A stretch of DNA of 64,000 nt from Candidatus Latescibacterota bacterium (lineage in GTDB: Bacteria > Latescibacterota > UBA2968): contig OZ244960.1 of the NCBI GenBank assembly GCA_965222605.1, forward strand, positions 3,968,001-4,032,000, given 5' to 3'. The notes below the pieces were generated by a model that saw only the letters and a list, made by a program, of their open reading frames with translations, was not told the origin of the DNA and did no database searches. The position numbers and the translations under genes were made by a program. Every line of letters starts with the position of its first letter. The first letter of the stretch is position 1. Shown one piece after another: positions 11,729 to 20,856 of this stretch.

Positions 11729-11890
11729 ATGGCGACGCGACGCAAGTTGAATCTGATCAATGGAACGATAGATGCAGAGGGTGGTATTTGTATGTATCGG
11801 GCGACGAACAGTTTTGAAATTGGTTGTGAACCCGGTTGGCCATCTGTTCCTCCCCTTCCCTTTCCCGATGATGATGACGATGATTTTTAG
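11729..11890 (+). CDS. Putative RiPP precursor peptide 1 (53 aa)
   Basis: RBS AGGAGG; MATRRKLNLINGTIDAEGGICMYRATNSFEIGCEPGWPSVPPLPFPDDDDDDF; first gene after the sigma54 promoter and upstream of an RRE-radical SAM gene. Confidence 0.8.
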   Translation: MATRRKLNLINGTIDAEGGICMYRATNSFEIGCEPGWPSVPPLPFPDDDDDDF

Positions 11891-11901
11891 TGAGGTGACT
11901 T

Positions 11902-12060
11902 ATGTCTGTCCAGACACTTATAAAAAAACGTGATCATTTGGCCTATCTCTCCCTACTCTATGCCATTTGGGGTAATGAAGTTCGATCTGAAGCCTTACGC
12001 ACGATGATGCATAGAATGAGCCAGAGTATAGAACAGCAATCACAGGCAACTATTGTGTAA
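11902..12060 (+). CDS. Small hypothetical protein (52 aa)
   Basis: RBS GAGGTGA; MSVQTLIKKRDHLAYLSLLYAIWGNEVRSEALRTMMHRMSQSIEQQSQATIV; below the ORF-track cutoff. Confidence 0.5.
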   Translation: MSVQTLIKKRDHLAYLSLLYAIWGNEVRSEALRTMMHRMSQSIEQQSQATIV

Positions 12061-12065
12061 ATACG

Positions 12066-12156
12066 ACTCTGCAAAACCTTGTCCCCGGACCACATCACAC
12101 AATTTTTGCGCGTTAATCGCATATCTTTGGGTTGCCAGTACAGGGTTTTGCAGAGT
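12066..12156. mobile_element. MITE-like element or long hairpin (91 bp)
   Basis: Terminal inverted repeats actctgcaaaacc (12066-12078) and ggttttgcagagt (12144-12156), 13 bp perfect and 15 of 16 extended. Confidence 0.5.
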
Positions 12157-12194
12157 TCTTTGTCGTCTTTCGTCTTATTGAGAGGGGACTTACC

Positions 12195-13631
12195 ATGATG
12201 TGTATCCACAAATGCGAAATGCATCTTTTTCAAATAGAAGAGCAAAAACAGCCTATTGTCTATCAGGTTGAGACGGGTCTGTTCTATGAATTGGATACCC
12301 TTTTTCAGGCGATTTTAGCGTGTTGCGAGGGGTTGTCTGTTTCGCAGGTTGTTCAGGTGCTGGCTGATCAATACGAGGCAGAGGAAATTGTCGAGGCTAT
12401 TGAGGAATTGGCTCAGGTGGGTTTGATTTCGGATGGTGCTCTACCTGTGGTAGCCAATGTGCCGACAACAGAAGGGGTGGCAGCCTGTGGGGCATCGCAG
12501 ACAGATCGTTTGCAGGTGTCCTTGCACGTTTCCCATACGTGCAATATTCAGTGTGCTTATTGCTTTGCCCATGGCGGGGATTACGGCGGTAAGGCGATGC
12601 TGATGCAATTAGATGTTGCCGAGCAAGCCATACGCTGGATTGTCGCCGAAGCGCAGGTGTTCGGACGGTGCCAGATTGATTTTTTTGGCGGGGAGCCGCT
12701 TTTGAATTTTCCATTGCTGAGCGAGCTTGTCCCGTTTGCCAGGTCCCTGGGAGCGCGGTTGGGTGTGCAGGTTGGTTTTGGCATTGTGACCAATGGCACG
12801 TTGTTGACCGACGAGATGAAGCAGTTTTTGGTTGATGAAAATTTTCAAATTAAGGTCAGCCTGGATGGTGGGCGTAAAACGCAGGATCGCATTCGCAAGT
12901 TTCACAATGGTTCTGGTACTTATGATGTTGTGGCAAAAAATGTACAGAAACTGACGGATGAGGTACCTGAGCGCGTGTTTTTGCAGGCTGTTATGACAGC
13001 TTATGATATGGATGAGGATCAGATTGCCAATGAGTTGCGTTCCTTGGGTACTGATAACGCGCTTGTTGGTCCGGCGGTTGTTTCACCGGATGCGCCTTAT
13101 GCTATTCGAGAAGAACATATACCCGCGTTGAAACAACAGATTTACAAGCGGAGTAGGCGTGCGCTCAAAGCCATTTTAAGTGGTGAAAAGGGTGAAGATG
13201 AAGAGTTTGATCCGAGGATTCAAAAACTTTTGACGCGCAAAAAATCCTGTCACGGGTGTCTCGGTGGCAAGCAGTATTTGGCGATTGCAGCAGATGGGTC
13301 GATTTATTTTTGCTCGAGTTTAGCCGATGCGCCCGAGTTTAAGATGGGTGATGTGTTTGCGGGTATTGACCGCGAAAAACAGCATCATTTTGATGTGGAG
13401 TTCAATGTGAATAATCGCCCTGAGTGCAAAACGTGCTGGGCACGCAACTTATGTGGTGGCGGATGTCTTTGGGAGGCACGGACAACAACGGATGATCCAA
13501 TGTCTCCGAACCCGGTTTATTGTGAGCAGACGCGCTATCGCTATGAATTGGCGATGGAAATGTGTATGGAAATAGCAGAGACGGATGAGTCTTTGTTGCA
13601 GCGACGTTATGATCTGGAAGTGGCCTCATAA
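12195..13631 (+). CDS. Radical SAM/SPASM peptide maturase with N-terminal RRE (CteB/QhpD/PapB-like)
   Basis: CNIQCAYC; FFGGEPLLN; TNGTLL; SLDG; SPASM C..G..YFC...CKTCWARNLCGGGC...C; N-terminal PqqD-like segment. Confidence 0.93.
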   Translation: MMCIHKCEMHLFQIEEQKQPIVYQVETGLFYELDTLFQAILACCEGLSVSQVVQVLADQYEAEEIVEAIEELAQVGLISDGALPVVANVPTTEGVAACGASQTDRLQVSLHVSHTCNIQCAYCFAHGGDYGGKAMLMQLDVAEQAIRWIVAEAQVFGRCQIDFFGGEPLLNFPLLSELVPFARSLGARLGVQVGFGIVTNGTLLTDEMKQFLVDENFQIKVSLDGGRKTQDRIRKFHNGSGTYDVVAKNVQKLTDEVPERVFLQAVMTAYDMDEDQIANELRSLGTDNALVGPAVVSPDAPYAIREEHIPALKQQIYKRSRRALKAILSGEKGEDEEFDPRIQKLLTRKKSCHGCLGGKQYLAIAADGSIYFCSSLADAPEFKMGDVFAGIDREKQHHFDVEFNVNNRPECKTCWARNLCGGGCLWEARTTTDDPMSPNPVYCEQTRYRYELAMEMCMEIAETDESLLQRRYDLEVAS

Positions 13632-13651
13632 ACCAAAAGGGAAAAAGAAAG

Positions 13652-13885
13652 ATGGCCTGTAGAATTGGCTTGACGATAGATCCCGACAGCCGGAGGCGAT
13701 ATTGGCGATCCAGGTATCGTTCCTTCAGAAACTGGAGGACTGTGGGGCATTATAATTCTAAGAGGCAAGCCCAGCAAGAAGTGACTCGACTCGCTAAAAT
13801 TTGGGGGTGTGAAGCTCCTCCTGATGGCGTAGGACCAGAACAGGCCTCCTGGTATGTGTATGTTTTTGCACATGACGGCTATTAA
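13652..13885 (+). CDS. Small hypothetical protein (77 aa), possibly a minimal GIY-YIG-like fold
   Basis: Fills the operon gap; RIGLTIDPDSRR and WYVYVF segments resemble GIY-YIG elements. Confidence 0.6.
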   Translation: MACRIGLTIDPDSRRRYWRSRYRSFRNWRTVGHYNSKRQAQQEVTRLAKIWGCEAPPDGVGPEQASWYVYVFAHDGY

Positions 13886-13902
13886 ATCAAGAGAAGGAAA
13901 TA

Positions 13903-14796
13903 ATGCATAAAATTTCAGACCTCAAAATGCCGGATCGGCTTAATCTGGACACTGGCTGGAGCATTGGTGAGACAGCGTTTGAGAGAATTACAACGGCGCT
14001 TCTTGAGATGTCTCCGGTAGAAAGAATTCTCGAATTTGGAAGTGGTCCGAGTTCTATCCGTCTGGCAATGGCGTTTTCTGAAGCGCAAGTTTTATCTGTG
14101 GAAGGCGATTGGCGAAATTTTGCAGAGACTACGGATTTGATGCATAAGTTTTTGGATAAACGCAATCTATCGATCAAATATCGTCCGATTACGCTTGAAT
14201 CTTATGGAGATGCCAGCTTTTTGACTTATGAAGATGGGATGTTTTGGGAGGAAGAGATGGATTGTGTGATTATTGATGGTCCGCCTGTCTATAGCTTGCG
14301 AGGTCGAGAGGCGTGTCTCTACCAGGTTTATGATCAGATCAAGATTGGTGGTCTGGTCATTCTGGACGATTTCAGAAGGTCTTATGAGAAGCAAATTGTC
14401 GAGAACTGGCTGTCCGTCTATCCCGGCAGTTTTGCAGTGGAAATTATCCGCGAAGACCACCATCTGGCCGTGCTGCGTAAGATCAAATCCGTGACACCAT
14501 GTTGGGATGCGTCTTCCAGACTATTAGATGTTCAGTCTGTCAGTAAAACTCGCTCCCGAATAACAAAGGCATTATCGCATGTTGATGATGTGTATTTGAG
14601 AGCGCTAACTAAAGCTACTAACAGTGAAACAGACCTGATTGGTCTGTTCAATACCCTTCGGAATATCTATGGGGTGACGCCTGAGTTTATCCAGGAGTTC
14701 ACGAGCCGAGATTCTACACTCACACCAGATGCTCTAAAAAGAAAACAGAATGCCTGTTATATGACAATCGTCAATACGTTTTTTCGGAACTGTTAA
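13903..14796 (+). CDS. Class I SAM-dependent methyltransferase (Methyltransf_24-like)
   Basis: ILEFGSGPSS, VLSVE, DCVIIDGPP, GGLVILDD. Confidence 0.85.
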   Translation: MHKISDLKMPDRLNLDTGWSIGETAFERITTALLEMSPVERILEFGSGPSSIRLAMAFSEAQVLSVEGDWRNFAETTDLMHKFLDKRNLSIKYRPITLESYGDASFLTYEDGMFWEEEMDCVIIDGPPVYSLRGREACLYQVYDQIKIGGLVILDDFRRSYEKQIVENWLSVYPGSFAVEIIREDHHLAVLRKIKSVTPCWDASSRLLDVQSVSKTRSRITKALSHVDDVYLRALTKATNSETDLIGLFNTLRNIYGVTPEFIQEFTSRDSTLTPDALKRKQNACYMTIVNTFFRNC

Positions 14797-14831
14797 TAGA
14801 ACTTGGACAGAAATCACTTGACTAATTTGGG

Positions 14832-15833
14832 ATGCTACCTTTGAAGATTCTCTTTGATATTCTCCACATCGCACATCTTAATTTTTTCAAGTCAGCCATC
14901 GAATCGTTGAAGGCTAGACACGATGTGTCGGCTGTTGTCAGGCAAAGAGGTAACCTTGTTGCCATAGCGGAGTCAGACCTCCCTTGTTCCTTTCGTGTAA
15001 TGGGCGCTCATAGAACTGGTGTTAGAAAGATGGTTGGGGTATGGGAAAGGGTCGTTGATCTCAAGAAGATAGTATGCGAAATGGAGACAGACGTCTTGGC
15101 GAGTTGTGGATTCTATTCGGGCATAGTTTCGCGATTTTGTCGCGTACGGTCTGTGATTTTTTATGACGACTTCGAATACAAGCTAAATTTTTGGCCGTGT
15201 CTTTTATTTTCTCATCAACTTGTCTTACCTGAAGCACTCGGAGTGGAAGGCAGAAACATCATTCAATACAACGGGTTCAAAGAGTTGGCTTACTTGAACC
15301 GATTTGTCCCGCAACCGAAGATTTTAGGTGAGTATGGAGTTCAGCCAGGAGAGTATGTTTTCGTCAGGTATGTTGCACCTATCAGCATGAACTATCGACG
15401 CTTGGGTCAGGAAGAAGTTACGCAAGCGACTAATGCGATTTTAAATACTGGAATGATCATCATAGCCTCCCTTGAACGGGGAATAAATCTTGAGTTCGAA
15501 CACCCCAATTTCCGAAAGGTTGTTGAACCTTGTCCCAGTATCCATTCCCTAATTTACTATTCAGCCCTGGTGGTAACGACTGGAGATACTGTTGCAAGGG
15601 AAGGGGCTCTCTTAGGGGTACCTACTATCTATCTTGGAAGAAGGGAAATGCGCATAAACCGAGAATTAGTCGAGAGTGGACAATTAATAATCCCTGATCC
15701 TGGCGAGGTGACTAAAGAAATATTGGCAAATCTCAGCAATAGAGTTTCGCGAGTCAAACCTGAAAATAAAAAGTGGGAAGACACAACGGAGGTCATAGTC
15801 TCTTGTATTGAGCAACAGAAATTCATCAAGTAG
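14832..15833 (+). CDS. DUF354 family glycosyltransferase-fold protein
   Basis: KILFDILHIAHLNFFK, YNGFKELAYL, GDTVAREGALLGVPTI. Confidence 0.85.
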   Translation: MLPLKILFDILHIAHLNFFKSAIESLKARHDVSAVVRQRGNLVAIAESDLPCSFRVMGAHRTGVRKMVGVWERVVDLKKIVCEMETDVLASCGFYSGIVSRFCRVRSVIFYDDFEYKLNFWPCLLFSHQLVLPEALGVEGRNIIQYNGFKELAYLNRFVPQPKILGEYGVQPGEYVFVRYVAPISMNYRRLGQEEVTQATNAILNTGMIIIASLERGINLEFEHPNFRKVVEPCPSIHSLIYYSALVVTTGDTVAREGALLGVPTIYLGRREMRINRELVESGQLIIPDPGEVTKEILANLSNRVSRVKPENKKWEDTTEVIVSCIEQQKFIK

Positions 15834-15973
15834 TTCTGTCCGATATCAGATGATATTGGGTTGTCCGGCAAATGGTAATTCAATCTGGTAAATATAGATT
15901 TGATGCTATTAAAAATATTGGGAATCAATCAGGATTAGGGTCAGTGTAGATATATGGAAGGTAAGGGTGCAGG

Positions 15974-17344
15974 ATGAAAATTTGTGTAGTTGGTTTGGGC
16001 CATGTTGGCACTGTGAACATTGCCTACTTGCTTGAACGAGGTCATATCGTCACAGGCTTGGATGTCTCCCAGGAAAGAATCCGCCATCTTTTTGCCGGTG
16101 AACCTGAACCAGAACCCCGCGTAAGCGACCTGCTAAGTTCAGCACTTAGAAGTGGGAGGCTCCAGCTTTCGACTGACTACTTCAAAGCTGTCGAGGAGGC
16201 GAGTGTAGCGATCATCTGTGTAGGTACGCCGCAAGGGGAGAAAGACGGAATACCAAATCTGAGTTTTCTTTATCAGGCCGTAACGTCACTGGTTGAGATA
16301 GTCAACAAGAAAAAAGGCACGTTCGACGTAGTTCTGCGCAGCACTGTTCCGCCCGGGACGACGCGTAATATCGTCTCTGGAGCCTTCGGGAATTTTGGCA
16401 ATGTCTGGTATTACCCGGAGTTCTTGAGAGAAGGAAGCGCAATTGAGGACATGAATGATCCCCCGATACGGATCGTTGGTGCTCCAAAGACTGGTTATTG
16501 TCAGCGCGTGTTAGATATTTACGGTGAGACTGGGCCAGTGTACATTACCGAATACGAAATAGCTGAAATGGTGAAGTATGTATGCAATGCTTTTCATGCC
16601 ATGAAGGTTACTTTCACGAATGAGATATCGAATGTTTGCAGATATCTCGGGATAGACAGCAATAGAGTAATGGAGGTAGTGTGCTCAGACAACAAGCTCA
16701 ATATGTCAAAAGCCTACATGAGGCCGGGATTCGCATTCGGAGGATCCTGTCTCCCGAAGGATCTTACAGCACTCCTGCGGCTATCGAACGGACGACAAGA
16801 ACCCGAATTGCCTCTGCTGACCAATATCATTGTCAGTAATGATCTTCATATCAGATCCACGGTAAGGAGGGTAAGGTCACTTGCCGTTCGAGGAACATTG
16901 GGTATGTTGGGTTTGAGTTTTAAGCCCAATACAGGCGACTTGAGGGATAGTCCGTTCGTAAAACTCGGAAACATGCTCATCTCAGAAGGGTACCAGGTAA
17001 TCGCATATGACCCTTCAGTAGAGTTAGGTCTCCTGGATGTAGGGCAGACTTATATTCAAAGCGATGCCAGAAAGATCTGGCAGGGACAATTGGCCAAATC
17101 CCTCAATTCGCTATGTGAGTGTTCTCTACTTTTGATCGCACATCCCATTTCTTCATTTCATACACCGATTTTACCCATCTTGAAGGGCAAGCATGTTCTT
17201 GATTTGTGCAACGATCCTTTGCGAGAGCAAATCGCTGCTATTGCTGACTATGAAGGTGTGGGCTGGGAATCCCGTTCAGGATGTGTTCGGAATGTAAGCT
17301 TGGCAAAGGCTGAAGAAGCGTTAAAGAACACGTCATATTCATAA
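15974..17344 (+). CDS. UDP-glucose/GDP-mannose dehydrogenase family protein (AlgD-like)
   Basis: VVGLGHVG, ICVGTP, RSTVPPGT, PEFLREG, FGGSCLPKD, GLSFKPNTGDLRDSP. Confidence 0.93.
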   Translation: MKICVVGLGHVGTVNIAYLLERGHIVTGLDVSQERIRHLFAGEPEPEPRVSDLLSSALRSGRLQLSTDYFKAVEEASVAIICVGTPQGEKDGIPNLSFLYQAVTSLVEIVNKKKGTFDVVLRSTVPPGTTRNIVSGAFGNFGNVWYYPEFLREGSAIEDMNDPPIRIVGAPKTGYCQRVLDIYGETGPVYITEYEIAEMVKYVCNAFHAMKVTFTNEISNVCRYLGIDSNRVMEVVCSDNKLNMSKAYMRPGFAFGGSCLPKDLTALLRLSNGRQEPELPLLTNIIVSNDLHIRSTVRRVRSLAVRGTLGMLGLSFKPNTGDLRDSPFVKLGNMLISEGYQVIAYDPSVELGLLDVGQTYIQSDARKIWQGQLAKSLNSLCECSLLLIAHPISSFHTPILPILKGKHVLDLCNDPLREQIAAIADYEGVGWESRSGCVRNVSLAKAEEALKNTSYS

Positions 17345-17426
17345 AAAAGCCGCCGACAGACCCTGGCAAGTCGAGTGTCGGCGGCAGACTGCAGTTCAAA
17401 GCTCAAGCATTTGGGAATGTGAGCTT
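17343..17426. ncRNA. Structured intergenic element A, copy 1 (candidate cis-regulatory or small RNA)
   Basis: Two hairpins, ccgccgaca..tggcaa..tgtcggcgg and gctca-ag-catt-tggg-aatg-tgagc; recurs at 24886 and 27902. Confidence 0.55.
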
Positions 17427-17432
17427 GATAGT

Positions 17433-17461
17433 AAGATATCTTTTGAGGGGCAGGTTGTCAA
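17433..17461 (-). promoter_or_regulatory. Antisense sigma70 promoter pointing into element A copy 1
   Basis: Minus strand TTGACA-17 nt-TATCTT; the transcript would end at the GC hairpin plus U6 (A6 at 17343-17348). Confidence 0.55.
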
Positions 17462-17488
17462 CCATCGTGCAATCGGATATAAAAATTT

Positions 17489-17782
17489 ATGGCAAAAAAC
17501 ACAATAACAATACCTGAGATTGAGAATCAGATTCAAGATTTGGTCCTGAAGGCATTAGATCATGAAGTCACATCTGATAATATAGATTGGAGCGATCTTC
17601 TTTTGATTTCTATACTTGATTCTGTCTCTATCATGGCCCTGGTGACAGGCTTAGAGGATACATTTGACGTGGTCGTAGAGGACGAAGAACTCACAGAAGA
17701 AATGCTAACTTCGACACGTTCGGTAGCGAAGTATATATATGAAAAATTAGCCACTGATGCACATTCGCTCGCTCTCGAATAG
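17489..17782 (+). CDS. Acyl carrier protein
   Basis: Acidic 97-aa protein with the LDSVSIM phosphopantetheine Ser motif and LEDTFDV. Confidence 0.85.
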   Translation: MAKNTITIPEIENQIQDLVLKALDHEVTSDNIDWSDLLLISILDSVSIMALVTGLEDTFDVVVEDEELTEEMLTSTRSVAKYIYEKLATDAHSLALE

Positions 17783-17819
17783 ATCAACGCCAGAAACTAA
17801 CACTGTGAAAGGTTTTTTG

Positions 17820-19724
17820 ATGGAGCATTTTTTTTCTAATTTGACAGGTACAGGTACCCGGGTAGGCGTCATTGATAGCGGTTTTAATACGGGTAAAAAA
17901 AACGTGCATGTGTTGAATGGTACCAGTTTCTGTAATGGCGATGCCCAACCAGATTCAAATTACAAAGATATGATCGGCCACGGAACAGCATGTATTGGCG
18001 TCATCCACACTAAAGTTCCCAATGCAGAATTTTTGCCTGTCAAAATTTTTGAGTCAGAGTTGATAACGACAATGGACATTTTGTGCAAGGCGATTTACTG
18101 GTGTGTTAAACATCAATGTCACATTATCAATTTGAGTTTAGGCACTCTCGATGAGAGCAATAGCGATGTTTTGAAGGAGGCCTGTGATTTTGCATACAAA
18201 CACCATACGTTCATTGTTGCTGCGACATCAAATGATGGACAACCGAGTATTCCCGCGTCTTTTCCCAATGTCTTTGGCGTAGCAGGAGGAAAAGTAGCTG
18301 GAAAATTTGATTACTTTTATGACCCACACGAAAAAATACAGTTTGTCGCACGGGGTGATCGTCAACGTCTGAATTGGCTGGAAGGCAAACAGATATTTAT
18401 GGGTGGATCGAGCTTTGCGGCTCCGCATATTTCTGGCTTGATTGCTCTGATAATAGAGAAATATGGTGGTATCACGCTCAACGATCTGACAGAAATTTTG
18501 AAGCTGCACTCCTTAAGCCAATGTCCCAAGCTGGTAGATAGTAGCACTTATGCGATGAGCGGGATGCCCAGATCTCGCTCAGACGTTTCTATCCGAGACC
18601 TAAATAAGGCAAATACGCCAGGCTGGATAGAAGAGGCTGTTGTTTTTCCATATAACAAAGAAATGCATGGGTTGGTGCGGTTTCGGGAGTTATTGCCATT
18701 TAGGATTACAAGAGTAGTTGACGTTGTTGGAAAAAGAACCATAGGTAAAGATTGTGGGGAGGTTATTGGGGGAGCCGAATCTAATTTGATCATACAACAA
18801 AATTTGGAAGACTGTCTGCAATACGGCGATACGCTCGTTTTGGGTTATTTGGATGAAATTAGCCGGATTAAGAAACGCGATGTGTTACAAGAATCTCTAA
18901 AATTGGCATTGAAGCATAACAAGAACGTTTACAGTCTCAGCCCCATTGCAAATAATCAATACGAAAGCATAAGTAAAGCCTTTAAAGAAAAACATCTGCA
19001 TTGTGCAGCACCAACCATAGATTTTGCAACTTATGAGGCTTTGATCAAAACTTATGATTGGAGAAACAGAAGCCAGAAACCTATCGTGGGCATATTTGGA
19101 ACAGGACCGCAACAAGGCAAGTTCACTGCTCAATTGGCACTGAGAAAACAATTACAGAAAATTGGCTATAAAGTTGGTCAATTGGGCACAGAACATCAAT
19201 CAGCGTTATTTGATTTCGATTTTACATTTCCAAATGGATATGATGGACATCGGAGTATCCAAATCCCCATGGATTTGCACATTCCACTTCTAAATTCTGC
19301 TATGGTCGGTATCGAACAATCAGACCCGGATATTATCGTTGTTGGTGGTCAGTCCGGTATCATACCTCATAGCTTTTACGAAAAATCTCAGAGTTATACT
19401 TTGCCCTCATTGATCTTACTCTTTGGAACTGTTCCCGATGCATATATCCTGCTCGTTAATTCTATCGACGAACCTGAATTTATACAGGAAAATATCCGGG
19501 TGTTAGAGAGCTTCGGGAAGGGCAAAGTGATTCTCCTTGTTTTCAGTGATAAGAAAAAAATTGTTAATGACACTGTTAATACAGTCGTCAACCAGCCGCT
19601 TTTTAGAGAGGAAATTTGTCAAACGATATTGAGTTTGGAATCAATGCATCGCATTCCAGCTACTGAGATAATTAGCGCAGAAGGACGAAAAAAGATGGCT
19701 GATATTGTTATTGATTTTTTCTGA
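17820..19724 (+). CDS. S8 subtilisin-like protease fused to a DUF1611/TIGR04066-like P-loop domain
   Basis: Catalytic triad VIDSG, GHGTAC, GSSFAAPH; C-terminal half FPYNKEMH, GIFGTGPQQGKFT, GQLGTE, DIIVVGGQSG, GTVPDAYIL. Confidence 0.85.
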   Translation: MEHFFSNLTGTGTRVGVIDSGFNTGKKNVHVLNGTSFCNGDAQPDSNYKDMIGHGTACIGVIHTKVPNAEFLPVKIFESELITTMDILCKAIYWCVKHQCHIINLSLGTLDESNSDVLKEACDFAYKHHTFIVAATSNDGQPSIPASFPNVFGVAGGKVAGKFDYFYDPHEKIQFVARGDRQRLNWLEGKQIFMGGSSFAAPHISGLIALIIEKYGGITLNDLTEILKLHSLSQCPKLVDSSTYAMSGMPRSRSDVSIRDLNKANTPGWIEEAVVFPYNKEMHGLVRFRELLPFRITRVVDVVGKRTIGKDCGEVIGGAESNLIIQQNLEDCLQYGDTLVLGYLDEISRIKKRDVLQESLKLALKHNKNVYSLSPIANNQYESISKAFKEKHLHCAAPTIDFATYEALIKTYDWRNRSQKPIVGIFGTGPQQGKFTAQLALRKQLQKIGYKVGQLGTEHQSALFDFDFTFPNGYDGHRSIQIPMDLHIPLLNSAMVGIEQSDPDIIVVGGQSGIIPHSFYEKSQSYTLPSLILLFGTVPDAYILLVNSIDEPEFIQENIRVLESFGKGKVILLVFSDKKKIVNDTVNTVVNQPLFREEICQTILSLESMHRIPATEIISAEGRKKMADIVIDFF

Positions 19725-19755
19725 GATCAAGACCTCAATGATAGGGAAAAAGTAA

Positions 19756-20478
19756 ATGCCAGAAATTCGGAAAATGTCGCTGATTTTAAATATCCTGCTG
19801 TCTGTTTTTATTTTGGTTGCGTTATTCGGGATATGGAAATTGAGAAATACGAACGCTCGTCATTGGGAAGAAATTAGAGAGCTTCGAAAAGTGAACGCAG
19901 ATTATAAGGAGCATATAAACGTCTCTACCTATGCCTCCAATTATCAAGGGCAAGAATTTCCGAAGTTGCAATTGGAGAATATAAATGGCGATTGGATTTC
20001 AACGGACTTTTCTAAAACAGGAAAAGGACTGGTTCTGGTCTTCAAGCCACAAGACTGTCAGCCCTGTTTAATCACGCAGATAAAGTTACTGGAGCATGTG
20101 TACCAAAATCAGGATCCCTCAAAACGCTTTCCAATTTATGCTTTTGCCAATGCTTCTGCAGAAGTGTTGAAAAAATTTAAAAAGAGTTTTGATCTCCATT
20201 ATGAATTGTTTCCGGATACAGAGAACATGTTATTCCAGGATAGAGTACTTACCCATCGTACCCCTGCTATCTTTGTTGTGAACAAAAAAAATATCATAAC
20301 GCATTGTCATTTTCCCTCAAAGGACCGCCCACAAAATACAGTCCTCTTTTTTGGTGTGATTCAAAGACATTTGCCTTTGCAAAAACCACTTCTGAACGAT
20401 CATCTTAAAGGGGTGACCTATTCGCAAATCATTGCCAAAGATTTTGATACTACTCCTTTATCTACATTTATTTATTGA
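19756..20478 (+). CDS. Membrane-anchored thioredoxin-fold redoxin (AhpC/TSA, MauD/ResA-like)
   Basis: N-terminal TM helix, FPKLQLENING, DCQPC motif, TPAIFVVN. Confidence 0.8.
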   Translation: MPEIRKMSLILNILLSVFILVALFGIWKLRNTNARHWEEIRELRKVNADYKEHINVSTYASNYQGQEFPKLQLENINGDWISTDFSKTGKGLVLVFKPQDCQPCLITQIKLLEHVYQNQDPSKRFPIYAFANASAEVLKKFKKSFDLHYELFPDTENMLFQDRVLTHRTPAIFVVNKKNIITHCHFPSKDRPQNTVLFFGVIQRHLPLQKPLLNDHLKGVTYSQIIAKDFDTTPLSTFIY

Positions 20479-20536
20479 TATTTATGAATAATATCTAGCA
20501 TGAAAAACATAGTAAAATATGTTGATTGTCAATACC

Positions 20537-20597
20537 AGAATGGTTTTACTTGAGCCTACCAAGTAAGGTATTCTTATGTGCATGCACATTTTGGCTT
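20537..20597 (+). repeat. Leader element B, copy 1 (5' arm of the inverted repeats around peptide 2)
   Basis: agaatggttttactt...agtaaggt...cttatg...gcaca.ttt shared with 25047-25109. Confidence 0.6.
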
Positions 20598-20623
20598 GAC
20601 TAAAAAGGAAAGGAGGTGATATT

Positions 20624-20848
20624 ATGAAAACTTTGACCAAACCTGTGAAGTCTCGGCTGTCTTCTCCGCGTATTTATGGATATGAAGATAATGGGGGTAA
20701 ATGGAAAGTCGATGGAACATCAATAGTTGAGTATGGGGATCCGGTTGAGACAACGTGGTACTACACTTACTTGGTGTGCGAGTCTGCGACCCAACCCTTC
20801 TGCACCGTAGGCGATTCAGAGACTAAAGCACGTAAAGTAGATCATTGA
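20624..20848 (+). CDS. Putative RiPP precursor peptide 2 (74 aa)
   Basis: Strong RBS AAGGAGGTGA; MKTLTKPVKSRLSSPRIYGY-EDNGGKWKVDGTSIVEYGDPVETTWYYTYLVCESATQPFCTVGDSETKARKVDH; basic leader ending in Tyr, near the S8-DUF1611 gene and ACP. Confidence 0.7.
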   Translation: MKTLTKPVKSRLSSPRIYGYEDNGGKWKVDGTSIVEYGDPVETTWYYTYLVCESATQPFCTVGDSETKARKVDH

Positions 20849-20856
20849 TGTATAAA

